Positions 9,479 through 18,580 of a DNA stretch of 64,000 nucleotides are shown piece after piece (the first letter of the stretch is position 1; the number at the start of each line of letters is the position of its first letter). The notes under the pieces are model-generated. The model was not told the DNA's origin and made no database searches. It worked only from the letters and a program-made list of their open reading frames with translations. The stretch comes from Deltaproteobacteria bacterium. Its GTDB lineage: Bacteria; Myxococcota; Kuafuiibacteriia; Kuafuiibacteriales; Kuafuiibacteriaceae. Made by a program: the position numbers and the translations under genes. The stretch covers positions 576,001-640,000 of the forward strand of contig JAVJQW010000023.1 in assembly GCA_040218735.1 (NCBI GenBank), in the 5' to 3' direction.

Positions 9479-10162
9479 TCAGGCGTCGTCGTCCGTCGAG
9501 GGCGTTTCCGTGGTGGTGTCCGTGCTCGGCGGAGGCGGCGGCGCCAACACCTCCTCGGCCGCCTTGCGCTCCTCGTTCAGGCTCTCGAGCTTCGACTTCG
9601 CCGACGCGAGCCGTGTCCCGATCGTCGCGTTCTCCTTTTCACGATCCGCGACCAGCGCCTGGGCGACGGCGATCTCTTCGTCGAGCGCAGCGATGCGCGC
9701 ACGCGCGCCCTCTTTGGCCTCGGACGCCTCGTACGCTTCTTTCGTCGACGCAAACGTCTTCTCCGCCTCATCCGCCGAACCGGCTGCCTTGGCTTCGGCC
9801 TCCGCCGCGGTGACGGCATCTTTCAGCGGCTTCACGACGTCCGGCGCGGAGCCGTTGGCTTCGGCGATGGCCACACGGCGCTTCGCCTCGGCGACCTTCG
9901 ACTGCTTCTCCGCGATGTCGAGGACGCGCTTGGCGGCCTCGTGCCACTTCGTCGCGTCCGACGCGACGGACGCGAGCGTCGTCGCGCGCGTCTCGTCGTC
10001 GGCGAGCTCCTTCTTGGCCGCCTTCAGCTGCGCGTTCAGCGCCGCCACGGTCTCCTTGCGACGCTTGCATGCGTCCTCGACGTTCTTGTGGGCGACCGTC
10101 GCCTCCCAACACTTCAGACGTGCTTCGTCGTACCGGGTGCGCGCCCGCTCTAGATGCTCCAT
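9479..10162 (-). CDS. Coiled-coil hypothetical protein
   Basis: Start taken at ATG 10162 (MEHLERAR..., GGAGGA RBS). Ala/Glu/Lys-rich heptads and a Pro/Thr tail. Confidence 0.7.
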   Translation of the reverse strand: MEHLERARTRYDEARLKCWEATVAHKNVEDACKRRKETVAALNAQLKAAKKELADDETRATTLASVASDATKWHEAAKRVLDIAEKQSKVAEAKRRVAIAEANGSAPDVVKPLKDAVTAAEAEAKAAGSADEAEKTFASTKEAYEASEAKEGARARIAALDEEIAVAQALVADREKENATIGTRLASAKSKLESLNEERKAAEEVLAPPPPPSTDTTTETPSTDDDA

Positions 10163-11799
10163 GCCTGTCCTCCTCCGTCGCTCGCGACGAATACGATGTT
10201 GACGGATCGCTCTTCGAACCACGGCACCGCCGCGACGTCGCGCAGCATGTCGGCGAAGAGAAGATCCACGTAGCCGGGCGGAAACTCGAGGCGCACCTCG
10301 AGTGACTCCGCTTCGAGATTGAACGTTCCGCGCGTGCGCAGGATGGCTTCGACGAGCTCGCGGTCGACGAGGCGCCGCGTCACCTCCGCCTCGATCTGCT
10401 CCCCGAGCCGCTCGCCGAAGGCTTCGGGGGCTCGCACCGTCGACGACGACGCCACCCACGCCAGCTCCTCCTCGTCGGGGCAGACCTCGAGTCCCCCGAG
10501 CAGCCACACCGCGGGGTCGTCGATCGGGATCGAGAGGCTCCGCGCCAGAGCACGGAACGCAAAGGCGGCGACCGCGACGTCACCGTTTTGCGCGGCCTCC
10601 GCCTCGGGCGTCGTCAGATCCAACAGCGGCCCGAGCACAAAAACCAGGCCGGCGGCCCGTGAGAAGATCGCCTCGCCCTCGGCGGCGGCCTCGGGGACGA
10701 TCTCGGACGGCGCTTCGACCTCACACAGAAGCTCCGCCTCGGCGGCGGTTGCGCTCGAGACCGGAACCGACGCCGACGGGGGCGCCTCCGGCCGCGACGC
10801 GTGGTCATCCTCGACCACGTCCTCGCTCCCCGACGGTGCGTCGCTCGGCGGATTGTCGACGTCGAGCGACGCTTCCGCGGTTCGATGTGCGTCCGCCGTC
10901 GGGCGCGGGCTCGTAGCGTCGGTGGTCGTGGCCGTCGCCGGCACCACGGTCGGGTCCCCGCCCTCGAACTCCACCGTCCCAGTGTCGAGCAGACGCGGCG
11001 AGAGCCGCGCGAGCAGCGCGACCCGAAGGAGTCGCATCCAAGCGACCTTCTCCGTCGACGGCAGCGGCCCCGCTTCCGCGACCGCCTCGAGCGCGACGAC
11101 GAGTCGATCCACCCGAGCTGCGAGCTGCCGTCGCGTCTCACGCACACAACCGCGCTCGAACGCGGGTGCAGCGCTTCGTCGTCGCCGATGCGTCAGCTCC
11201 TCCTGCACCCGCCTCCACAGCGCTTCGGCCATCCCGGCGTGAGGCAACGCCGTGAGCACGTCCCAGCGGTGCCGCCGAAGCAGTCGAACGATCTGCGGCA
11301 GCGGTGCCTCGGACGACCACAACGCCTCGACGAGGGCCTCGACCGAGGTGTCGTCGACGCCGATGTCCATCACGGCGAGCGCGCGAAGGGCCGCTCGCGG
11401 CGAGCCCGAGTCGGCGACGCGCTTCGCGATCGTGACGAGCCGCTCAGCACGGGCTCGCGTCGTTTCGGGCACAGTGGTCGAAACGGGGTCGCGCTCCTCC
11501 GCGATCGCGGGCAACGCGCTGACGTCCATCGGCGGCAACGTCGCGATGATCTGCATCGCGATCTCACGACCGATGCGTTCGACGAGCGTCCCGAACGACG
11601 CATCGCCCGCGTGGATCTGCAGGTCCAAGCGAAGGGTCGGGATGACGATCGGCCGGTGCATCGCCTCCAGCCGCTGGTCGAGCTGCCGCTCGACCTCGGA
11701 GAGGATCTTCATGACGAAGTCCTCCGCGTCGACGACGTGCCGGGCCGAGACCCCGCGCACCTCGAGACGCCCGCGTCCGATCACGACCTCCCGCGCCAC
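10150..11799 (-). CDS. CIS tape measure protein (Afp14/Pvc14-like)
   Basis: N-terminal IVIPTLRLDL; C-terminal domain AAGLVFVLGPLL...ILRTRGTF...LEVRLE...VDLL...AVPWF, characteristic of CIS tape measure proteins. Sits before the ATPase. Confidence 0.72.
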   Translation of the reverse strand: MAREVVIGRGRLEVRGVSARHVVDAEDFVMKILSEVERQLDQRLEAMHRPIVIPTLRLDLQIHAGDASFGTLVERIGREIAMQIIATLPPMDVSALPAIAEERDPVSTTVPETTRARAERLVTIAKRVADSGSPRAALRALAVMDIGVDDTSVEALVEALWSSEAPLPQIVRLLRRHRWDVLTALPHAGMAEALWRRVQEELTHRRRRSAAPAFERGCVRETRRQLAARVDRLVVALEAVAEAGPLPSTEKVAWMRLLRVALLARLSPRLLDTGTVEFEGGDPTVVPATATTTDATSPRPTADAHRTAEASLDVDNPPSDAPSGSEDVVEDDHASRPEAPPSASVPVSSATAAEAELLCEVEAPSEIVPEAAAEGEAIFSRAAGLVFVLGPLLDLTTPEAEAAQNGDVAVAAFAFRALARSLSIPIDDPAVWLLGGLEVCPDEEELAWVASSSTVRAPEAFGERLGEQIEAEVTRRLVDRELVEAILRTRGTFNLEAESLEVRLEFPPGYVDLLFADMLRDVAAVPWFEERSVNIVFVASDGGGQAWSI

Positions 11800-11802
11800 G
11801 GC

Positions 11803-13764
11803 TCACCCCACGCTCACGAGCACACGAACGACGTTGCCGTTGACCGCGGTCAACGCGGTCCCGACGACCTTGGTGGCCGAGGTGCCCGCCTTGACGGTGC
11901 CCTTCGTCCCCGCGGCCGTCGACAGCACGACCTTCTTGCCGGCCTGGATGTTGTGGCCCGCGTCGACCTCGACGTCGATCGCGCCGCCGACCGCCACCAG
12001 GAGGTCTCCGCTGCTGTGCGCGCCCGCGCCGACCCCCACCGGTCGGTCACTCCCTCCCACGCGACCGATGAACGCGCCGGTCCCGTCGAAGCCGACGAAG
12101 TGGTTGTCGTACGTGGGCAGGTGCGGAACGCCGTTGAGCCGAACGCAGATCGCCTGCACGACGACGCGGCCGTCGAAGCCGACGTCCTGGTTGAAGTTCG
12201 CCGCACCGAGGAACGACGCCGCCTGCCCGAACTGCACCGCGCCGTTGAAGACTGTGGACTGCAACGTCGTGTTGCCCTGGAAGACGGCGTTTGTCTGGAA
12301 CGTGGCGGTGCCCGTGAACGTCGTCGCGGGGAGTGTCATCGTCGCCCCCGCGCCGAAGCCAACACCGCTGTCGAACGTGACCGTGTCTTCGAACGTCACG
12401 GGCTTCTCGAACGTCGACGTGCCCTCGAACAGCGCCTGGTTCTTGAACGTCGACTTCAACTTGAACTGCGTCTGGTCGTCGAACACGGCGAGTTTGTCGA
12501 CGTTGAGCCCGCCCTCGATCTGCACGGCCTCCTCGACGAGGACCGACCCCTTGACCTCCAGCGCGTGCGCGCCGGTGGCGACCGCGTCCTTGACGATCCG
12601 CGTCCGGCCGCTCACGACGAGCGCGTCAACCGGGATGGCGGGGTTCGTCGCCTCGAACTTGATCGTCGTCGTCGCGCCCTCGACGTCGAGCCCCTTCGTC
12701 GCCTTCACGGGCGCGGTCGTGAACACCGCCGCACCCGCGGTGAGCTTCGCGCCCGAATCGATCGTGACGTCCTTCTTTGCGTCGATGACGTCTTTGGTGG
12801 TGAGCTTTCCCTCGACGTCCGTCACGCCGAGGGTGGCGAGACCCGCGACCTTCAACTTCTCGGGTACCTGCAGCTCCGCGCCCCCCGCGCCGACCCGGGC
12901 CGCGAGCGCCGTCTTGGCGTCGGCGCCGTCGCAAATGTCGATCACCACGCCCGGATCGATCGCGCCGCCGCCGGGGTCGTAGGCGACCTTGGCGCTGATC
13001 GACCCGTCGTCGGTGAGGACGAGGCCGCTACGCACGACGAGCGGGTCGTGGAAGTACACACCCTTCTCGCGCCCGATCTCGAAGGCCACGGAGGTCTCCG
13101 TCGCCGTCTGCGCGACGGAGTCCGTGTTGCGGAGCGGGTGCGTGAACGTCGCGCCGGTGACGCCGATGACGTCGACACCTTCGTTGGAGACGTCCTCGCC
13201 CAGCCCGCAACCTACCTTGCGCGTCTGCTTGACAACCTTCAGTTCGTCTTCGAGCGTTCGGTGCACGATGCCGAGACACACGCGCCGGTCCGCTCCGGGT
13301 CGCGTCACGTCGGCGGGGAGCGATGCATGCGGTTCGAGGAGCGCCTTTCGGCGGAGCACCTTGGACGCCCCTTCCTTCTCGAAGGCCTTGATCGCATAGG
13401 CCTCCTCGACACGCGGATCGAGGGCGCGGTTGCAGTACGTGAACTCGCTGTTCTGGCGTTGCTCCTCGGCGAAGTAGAGAAAGACCTCGAACTTCGTGTC
13501 TGGATCGCCTTCCACGAGATCGGCAATGTTGACCGGCTCACGAACCACGATGGCCTTTCCGTCCGGCCCGTACGCGACCCCCGGACTCACGACCGGAGAC
13601 GCCCCCACCATCTCGAGCTCCAGACCCCACGCGACGCCGTAGAGATCACGAGCCAGCGAGCGTCGCTCGAGCGCCGCGCGGAAGTACGTCTGGTCGTCGT
13701 CGAGCTCGTCGGCGCCCAGCGGCATCCCGTCGATGTAAAGGGTTCGAACGTTGTCATTCGCCAC
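11803..13764 (-). CDS. Putative tail fibre (Afp13-like position) with beta-helical F-x5 repeats
   Basis: GTG 13764 after GAGGAG. N-terminal RTLYIDGMPLGADELDDDQTYFR; repeats FEGTSTFEKPVTFEDTVTFDSGVGF...FQTNAVFQGNTTL; C-terminal capsid-cement-like beta domain. Confidence 0.65.
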   Translation of the reverse strand: MANDNVRTLYIDGMPLGADELDDDQTYFRAALERRSLARDLYGVAWGLELEMVGASPVVSPGVAYGPDGKAIVVREPVNIADLVEGDPDTKFEVFLYFAEEQRQNSEFTYCNRALDPRVEEAYAIKAFEKEGASKVLRRKALLEPHASLPADVTRPGADRRVCLGIVHRTLEDELKVVKQTRKVGCGLGEDVSNEGVDVIGVTGATFTHPLRNTDSVAQTATETSVAFEIGREKGVYFHDPLVVRSGLVLTDDGSISAKVAYDPGGGAIDPGVVIDICDGADAKTALAARVGAGGAELQVPEKLKVAGLATLGVTDVEGKLTTKDVIDAKKDVTIDSGAKLTAGAAVFTTAPVKATKGLDVEGATTTIKFEATNPAIPVDALVVSGRTRIVKDAVATGAHALEVKGSVLVEEAVQIEGGLNVDKLAVFDDQTQFKLKSTFKNQALFEGTSTFEKPVTFEDTVTFDSGVGFGAGATMTLPATTFTGTATFQTNAVFQGNTTLQSTVFNGAVQFGQAASFLGAANFNQDVGFDGRVVVQAICVRLNGVPHLPTYDNHFVGFDGTGAFIGRVGGSDRPVGVGAGAHSSGDLLVAVGGAIDVEVDAGHNIQAGKKVVLSTAAGTKGTVKAGTSATKVVGTALTAVNGNVVRVLVSVG

Positions 13765-15586
13765 GGCCGCTCTCCTCTTCGTCGAGCTCCGGCGTCTCCA
13801 GGCGCTCGTCGGCCTCCACCGGCCGGAACGAGTCGAACTCATCCTCCAGACCGCGCTCCTTCAGGAAGGACTGGAGTCGACTCGCCTCGCGTGTCGCGGA
13901 CTCCACCACGTCGAAGTCCTTGAAGTACCGCCCCGCGACCTCGAGCCAGTCGCGTGACAGCTCGCGATCCAACGCCGCGTAGACCCGTTCGACGAGCTTC
14001 TTGCCGTCGCTCCACGACACCAACTCGAAGTCCGTCGTGTCGTGGGCGACAAACGCCTCCTCGATCACCGCGAGCGCCTTGTCGCGCGCCGTGAGGTCCT
14101 CCGTCGCGTCCGGCGCGATCATCGCCAACGCACGTTCGACACGCGGCCGGCGCTCCAGCGTCCCGAGCGCCTCCGCGCGACGCTGCTCGATCGCGTCGGC
14201 CTCGACCGTGTCCGGGACCCTCCCGTTCACCGCGTAGCTGATCTTCAGCAGACGATCGATCGGGACGTCGGCGACACGCTGGTAACCTTCGACGACCAGC
14301 GCATACGCGGCCTCCTTCGTCGCAGTCTCGCGGACCTTCGCGGGGGCCGTCGCCCCGGTGACGATGTTCGCGATGACCTCGGCCTTGTCGCGGCTCGGCT
14401 CACACTGATCACCGCAGTCGACCTTCCACGCTTGCGGCGGCTCCGGGCTCGTCTCGTAGGTCTGCGGCTCGCAGAGCTGTCGACGAATCACCCAGGCCAA
14501 CAGGTACGTCAGGTCCGCGTTCGACAGCACCCGTCGTCGAATCGGCCGCACCGCGACACCGCTCTGCGTCCCCTGGGTCTTGAACAGCACGTGCGCCAGC
14601 AGGACGATCGGCTGGCCTCGACACGGCTGACACGCCACGCCCGAGATCACGTCGATCATCGCCGCCACGGGGTTGTCGCAGCACACCGCCTGACGTGCGT
14701 TCGGCGCCATCACCGTCGCGGGCTCCTTGTCGAGGATCCGCTGCGCGTTGCGGTCCACGTTCCACAGCTTTCGCAGCGCGCGGCTGTAGTGGGCGACGCC
14801 CGCCGCTCCGCGCAGCCCGGTGTCGGGCGTGCACTCGTCGAGGAGCGGCTCGAAGACGTCACACGGATCGTAGATCTCGGACTGCGCCTCCGGCAGGTCG
14901 TCGCACGGATCCGGGAGGCAGCCCGTCACCCAGAAGATGTGGTCCTTCGGGGGCACCTTCTTGATCCAGACGAAGCGCGCGCGCTCCTGCACACGCGTGT
15001 GATCGCAGCCGGGGTCCTCGGACGGACCGCACGGCGTCGTGTAGCGAGGCTTCGCCGCGTCGAGGCAGTCGTCGTAGACGAGCCCGAGGTACCACCCCGC
15101 CGTCGACGGCGGCTCTTCACACGGTTCACAAGGATCGTTGAGCTCGGAAAGATCCGGGCGGCCGAACTGCATCCATCGGCCGCTCACGAGCGGGCGGCCT
15201 TTTGCGTCGTAGGCGACGCCGGGCCCGACCTCGATCTTGCAGCTCTCCTCGTCGATTCGGATCGGATAGCCGCAGTACACGCCCCACCCGCCGATGACGG
15301 AGCTCGCGAGGTGCTGCTGGCTGCGGTGGTACGTGACGGCGGCGGAGAGGTCCGCGTCGGTCACGAGCTGCCCCGGGAAGTAGCGCGGTCGCGGCGCGAG
15401 GCACGCCTCCGTGGGTACGCCGTGGTAGCCGCTGGACTCTTCCGTCCCGGAGGTGCACGCGGACGACGCCGAACCCGAGCCGCACGAGGAACCTCCGCAG
15501 CCGCAACCGCCGGCCGACTTCGACGAAGCGCTCGTACCCGAGCACCCACATGAGCGCGTTTCTGACTTGGTGATCTGTCGGTTCAC
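13754..15586 (-). CDS. Cys-rich eCIS accessory protein (fibre-attachment/baseplate-associated domain)
   Basis: RPRYFPGQLVTDADLSAAVTYHR...GWGVYCG...VGPGVAYDAKGR, a head domain shared with the neighbouring genes. Confidence 0.7.
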   Translation of the reverse strand: MNRQITKSETRSCGCSGTSASSKSAGGCGCGGSSCGSGSASSACTSGTEESSGYHGVPTEACLAPRPRYFPGQLVTDADLSAAVTYHRSQQHLASSVIGGWGVYCGYPIRIDEESCKIEVGPGVAYDAKGRPLVSGRWMQFGRPDLSELNDPCEPCEEPPSTAGWYLGLVYDDCLDAAKPRYTTPCGPSEDPGCDHTRVQERARFVWIKKVPPKDHIFWVTGCLPDPCDDLPEAQSEIYDPCDVFEPLLDECTPDTGLRGAAGVAHYSRALRKLWNVDRNAQRILDKEPATVMAPNARQAVCCDNPVAAMIDVISGVACQPCRGQPIVLLAHVLFKTQGTQSGVAVRPIRRRVLSNADLTYLLAWVIRRQLCEPQTYETSPEPPQAWKVDCGDQCEPSRDKAEVIANIVTGATAPAKVRETATKEAAYALVVEGYQRVADVPIDRLLKISYAVNGRVPDTVEADAIEQRRAEALGTLERRPRVERALAMIAPDATEDLTARDKALAVIEEAFVAHDTTDFELVSWSDGKKLVERVYAALDRELSRDWLEVAGRYFKDFDVVESATREASRLQSFLKERGLEDEFDSFRPVEADERLETPELDEEESGRGE

Positions 15587-16494
15587 CGCATTTTCCTTTC
15601 GAAGGCGAAGAGCAGCAGCTCGGCGATGAGGAAGGTCGGGATGGCAAACGGGCGCACGCAGTTGTCGACGTGACTCACGTGCCCCCGTGGGTCGACGCGC
15701 AGACGCGCGAGCGTCAGGCAGTGACCGAGGCGGTCGCAGGGATCCGGCTCACACGGCGCGCAGTCGCAGGTGAGGTAATCGCAGAGCCACCGGCGTACGT
15801 CGTCGGGGCGGCAGTCGTGGGGGTTGAGGTCCTCAGCGATCGTGCGCGGTAGCCGCGCGGTGCGCTCCGGCTCACCGAAGGGCTCCTCGGTGATCGTGAG
15901 ACACCAGCCGTGCCGAACGCGGGAGTCGTCACACGTAGGCTGGCAGCAGGTCTCGGGACCGCCGAGCGACTGCACGGGGCGCTCGCCGCGCTCCTGGTAG
16001 CAGAGCCCGATCCACAGCTCGACGTGGTCTCTCCAGTAGCGCTCGTCGGTGGGCGTGGGGCGATCTTGATCGCTGGCGTACGCGCCTTCGTCGCGGATCT
16101 CGCGCTTCACCTTGCCGATGAAAGCGCGGCGCGCGGCGGACTCGAGATCGATCTCGACGTCGCGCGACACCTCGATGCGGCGCCCCAGACAGTCCAGCGC
16201 GACACCGCGATTCACCGTGACCTTCCACGGACACGCATCGTCGAGCTCGTGCACCTTCAGGCCGCACACCGTCCCGTAGCCGTGGAGCTCGGCGTTGTGG
16301 TTCCGAATGTTCTGGAGGTGAAACGCCTGGTCGACGGAGAGGTCCTCCGCCTCCAGCAACATGCTGTAGAAGTAGCGGGTGCGGAGCGAGTCGTTCGTCC
16401 CGCGCGCCACACACGGATCCACGCAGTCGTCGGGCTCTGCGTGATCACGTCCGGGCCGGTGCGGGGCCGTGGCGATTGGCTTCTGTACGTGCAT
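15583..16494 (-). CDS. Cys-rich eCIS accessory protein (paralogous head domain)
   Basis: ATG 16494 after AAAGGA. RTRYFYSMLLEAEDLSVDQAFH...HGYGTVCGLKV...VNRGVALDCLGR. Confidence 0.72.
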   Translation of the reverse strand: MHVQKPIATAPHRPGRDHAEPDDCVDPCVARGTNDSLRTRYFYSMLLEAEDLSVDQAFHLQNIRNHNAELHGYGTVCGLKVHELDDACPWKVTVNRGVALDCLGRRIEVSRDVEIDLESAARRAFIGKVKREIRDEGAYASDQDRPTPTDERYWRDHVELWIGLCYQERGERPVQSLGGPETCCQPTCDDSRVRHGWCLTITEEPFGEPERTARLPRTIAEDLNPHDCRPDDVRRWLCDYLTCDCAPCEPDPCDRLGHCLTLARLRVDPRGHVSHVDNCVRPFAIPTFLIAELLLFAFERKMR

Positions 16495-16514
16495 CGTTCG
16501 TCCTTTCTCGGTCC

Positions 16515-18578
16515 TCAGACCTTCGCGCCCATCCCGAGGCGAGGTCCGATACCGACCTGGGCCTCGGCGCGCGTCTCGGGCGCGCGCGTGAGCAACATGG
16601 CGTTTGTCGACGGGGGCTCGTCGGTGAGCACCCACGGTGCGTGGCGTCCGAGCGTCGCATCGAGCCCGAGCCGACCGAGTTGTCCGAGCGCGAGGTGTTG
16701 CGGTGCGACGCGCAGCTCCGCCTCCACTCCGGCCGGCTTCTCCCGCTGGACCATGCGATCGATCTGGGCCACCCGATCGGGATCGCGGCTCGTCGTCGGT
16801 CCGAGGTAGATGATGAGCTTTCCACGTCCCTGCGAGATCGGTCCGAGCTCCGGGTACGGCTTCGAGTCCAGGTTGCCGGCGCCGAGCCGTACCTGGTTCC
16901 CGAGGACGATGCGATCGCCGCCGCACGAGCCGGGCATGATCGAGTCGCAGCCCAGCGTGACGGTCCCGCCGAGTAGGAAGCTCCGTCGCTGTGCGAACGC
17001 TTCGACGATGCGGGCGTCCGAGGCTCCGTACAGCTCGAGGTAGCGCTCGAGCGCCCACCGCGTCCCACGCATCCGATACAGCGCGAACGCCAGGCTCAGC
17101 GCCCGCCGCTTCGTCGCGACGGACCAGTCCGGCTCGAGCACGAAGCCGATGCGTTCGGCGAGCCAGTCGAGCTGCGCGGCTGTCCCCGCGCGGGCGGAGA
17201 AGAACCGGTACGCCTCGTCGATCGTACGGGCGACCTCGACGTTGCTCGCCTCGAACATCGACAGGAACCGCGCGAGGAGATCGCGGCTCGTGGGGTCCTC
17301 GCTGAACACGGCTGGCAGGAACCGCAGGTACGTGACCCGCGGGTACTCGACGCGGAGCCACTCCAAGAGCGGCGCTTGTCGACCGTCGGAGAGCAGCTCG
17401 ATCTCCACGAACGCGAAGCGCCCGACGGCGCCGTCCATCAGGAGCTCACCGATGTCGTCGCCGCGCGGAAACGAGAACGGACGTGGCGCGGACCAGCGCG
17501 GATCCGCGCGGACCTCCTCTGGCGTGACGCCGTCGAGCGTGAGGCAGTCGTCGTCCGCGAGCACACGCGCGCTAAGGTGCGTGGATTGGGTGGCCCGAAT
17601 GACGAGGCGGTGCCACTCGACGCGCGGCGACTTGGCGTCGAGCGGGCCGACGATGAACGACCCGCTCGCGCGCACGAACCCCTCTGGCTCGAGCTCGAGC
17701 GGGTGAAGCGCACACGTCTCGTCGACCGCGACGAGACGCGCGGCGCGGAACGTCGCACCCACGAACGACCCGGACTCGCGCGTCCACCCGAGCGGGATCG
17801 GCTCGGAGCCCGACAGGTCCCACTGCACGACGCGCCCGGTCAGCGTGTCGCCCGCCCTGAGGTGCCCCTCGGAGTCGACCTCGAAGGCCCCGGACCAGCT
17901 CCGCTCGAGCACGTGCCGAACGAGCGCGTTCGCAGGGCCGGACCACACCGATCGCGTCCCGGAGCGCCCGGCGAAGATCGTACCGGTCGAGGAGACCGCG
18001 AGCCGGTTCGCCGGCGCGGAGAGCGCGAAGCGTGCGAGCGGTCGACCTTCGGGATCGATGCGCACGAGCTCGCCGCGCGTGAGCAACCAGATCTGCTCCG
18101 GGTGCAGGACCGCGGCGTCCAGCCGGGGCGGCACGACAGCGACGGCGACGGGCGCTTCGAACGTGCGCGCGCCGACGAGCCCCATCGGGTCGGAGCGGAG
18201 GATGTAGAGCCGGTCCTGGTCCGGGACGGTGACGTAGAGGCGCCCGCGTCCGGAGCGCGCCACGTCCGTCGCTCCCAAGAGGTCGCGCGGCCAGCACGCG
18301 GGCATGTCCAAGCGACGCGCTTCGTCGCCGCACACGTCGAGTCGGCAGAGTCCGTCGGGGCCCACGGCGATCGCGTAACCCGGTCCGTCGAACACGAGCC
18401 CCCCCAGCGGCGGCGCGCGCCCCGGTTCGGCCGTAGTGGTCGGGAGCTGCTTGGCCGGCGCGAGCGTCGTACCCGCGGGGGTACGCATGAGATCCGACGA
18501 CCGTTCGAAGGCGAGCGACCACCCGTTCCACCCGTCCAGGTGGAAGAACTTCTCCGCGCCGACGCCGGGGTTGCGCAC
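16515..18578 (-). CDS. Baseplate wedge / phage tail protein I (P2 gpI-like) with N-terminal beta-propeller-like region
   Basis: YLRFLPAVFSED...LLARFLSMFE...LDWLAERIG...LYRMRGTRWAL...REKPAG. Start taken at GTG 18578, just after the baseplate J stop. Confidence 0.8.
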   Translation of the reverse strand: MRNPGVGAEKFFHLDGWNGWSLAFERSSDLMRTPAGTTLAPAKQLPTTTAEPGRAPPLGGLVFDGPGYAIAVGPDGLCRLDVCGDEARRLDMPACWPRDLLGATDVARSGRGRLYVTVPDQDRLYILRSDPMGLVGARTFEAPVAVAVVPPRLDAAVLHPEQIWLLTRGELVRIDPEGRPLARFALSAPANRLAVSSTGTIFAGRSGTRSVWSGPANALVRHVLERSWSGAFEVDSEGHLRAGDTLTGRVVQWDLSGSEPIPLGWTRESGSFVGATFRAARLVAVDETCALHPLELEPEGFVRASGSFIVGPLDAKSPRVEWHRLVIRATQSTHLSARVLADDDCLTLDGVTPEEVRADPRWSAPRPFSFPRGDDIGELLMDGAVGRFAFVEIELLSDGRQAPLLEWLRVEYPRVTYLRFLPAVFSEDPTSRDLLARFLSMFEASNVEVARTIDEAYRFFSARAGTAAQLDWLAERIGFVLEPDWSVATKRRALSLAFALYRMRGTRWALERYLELYGASDARIVEAFAQRRSFLLGGTVTLGCDSIMPGSCGGDRIVLGNQVRLGAGNLDSKPYPELGPISQGRGKLIIYLGPTTSRDPDRVAQIDRMVQREKPAGVEAELRVAPQHLALGQLGRLGLDATLGRHAPWVLTDEPPSTNAMLLTRAPETRAEAQVGIGPRLGMGAKV

Positions 18579-18580
18579 CT

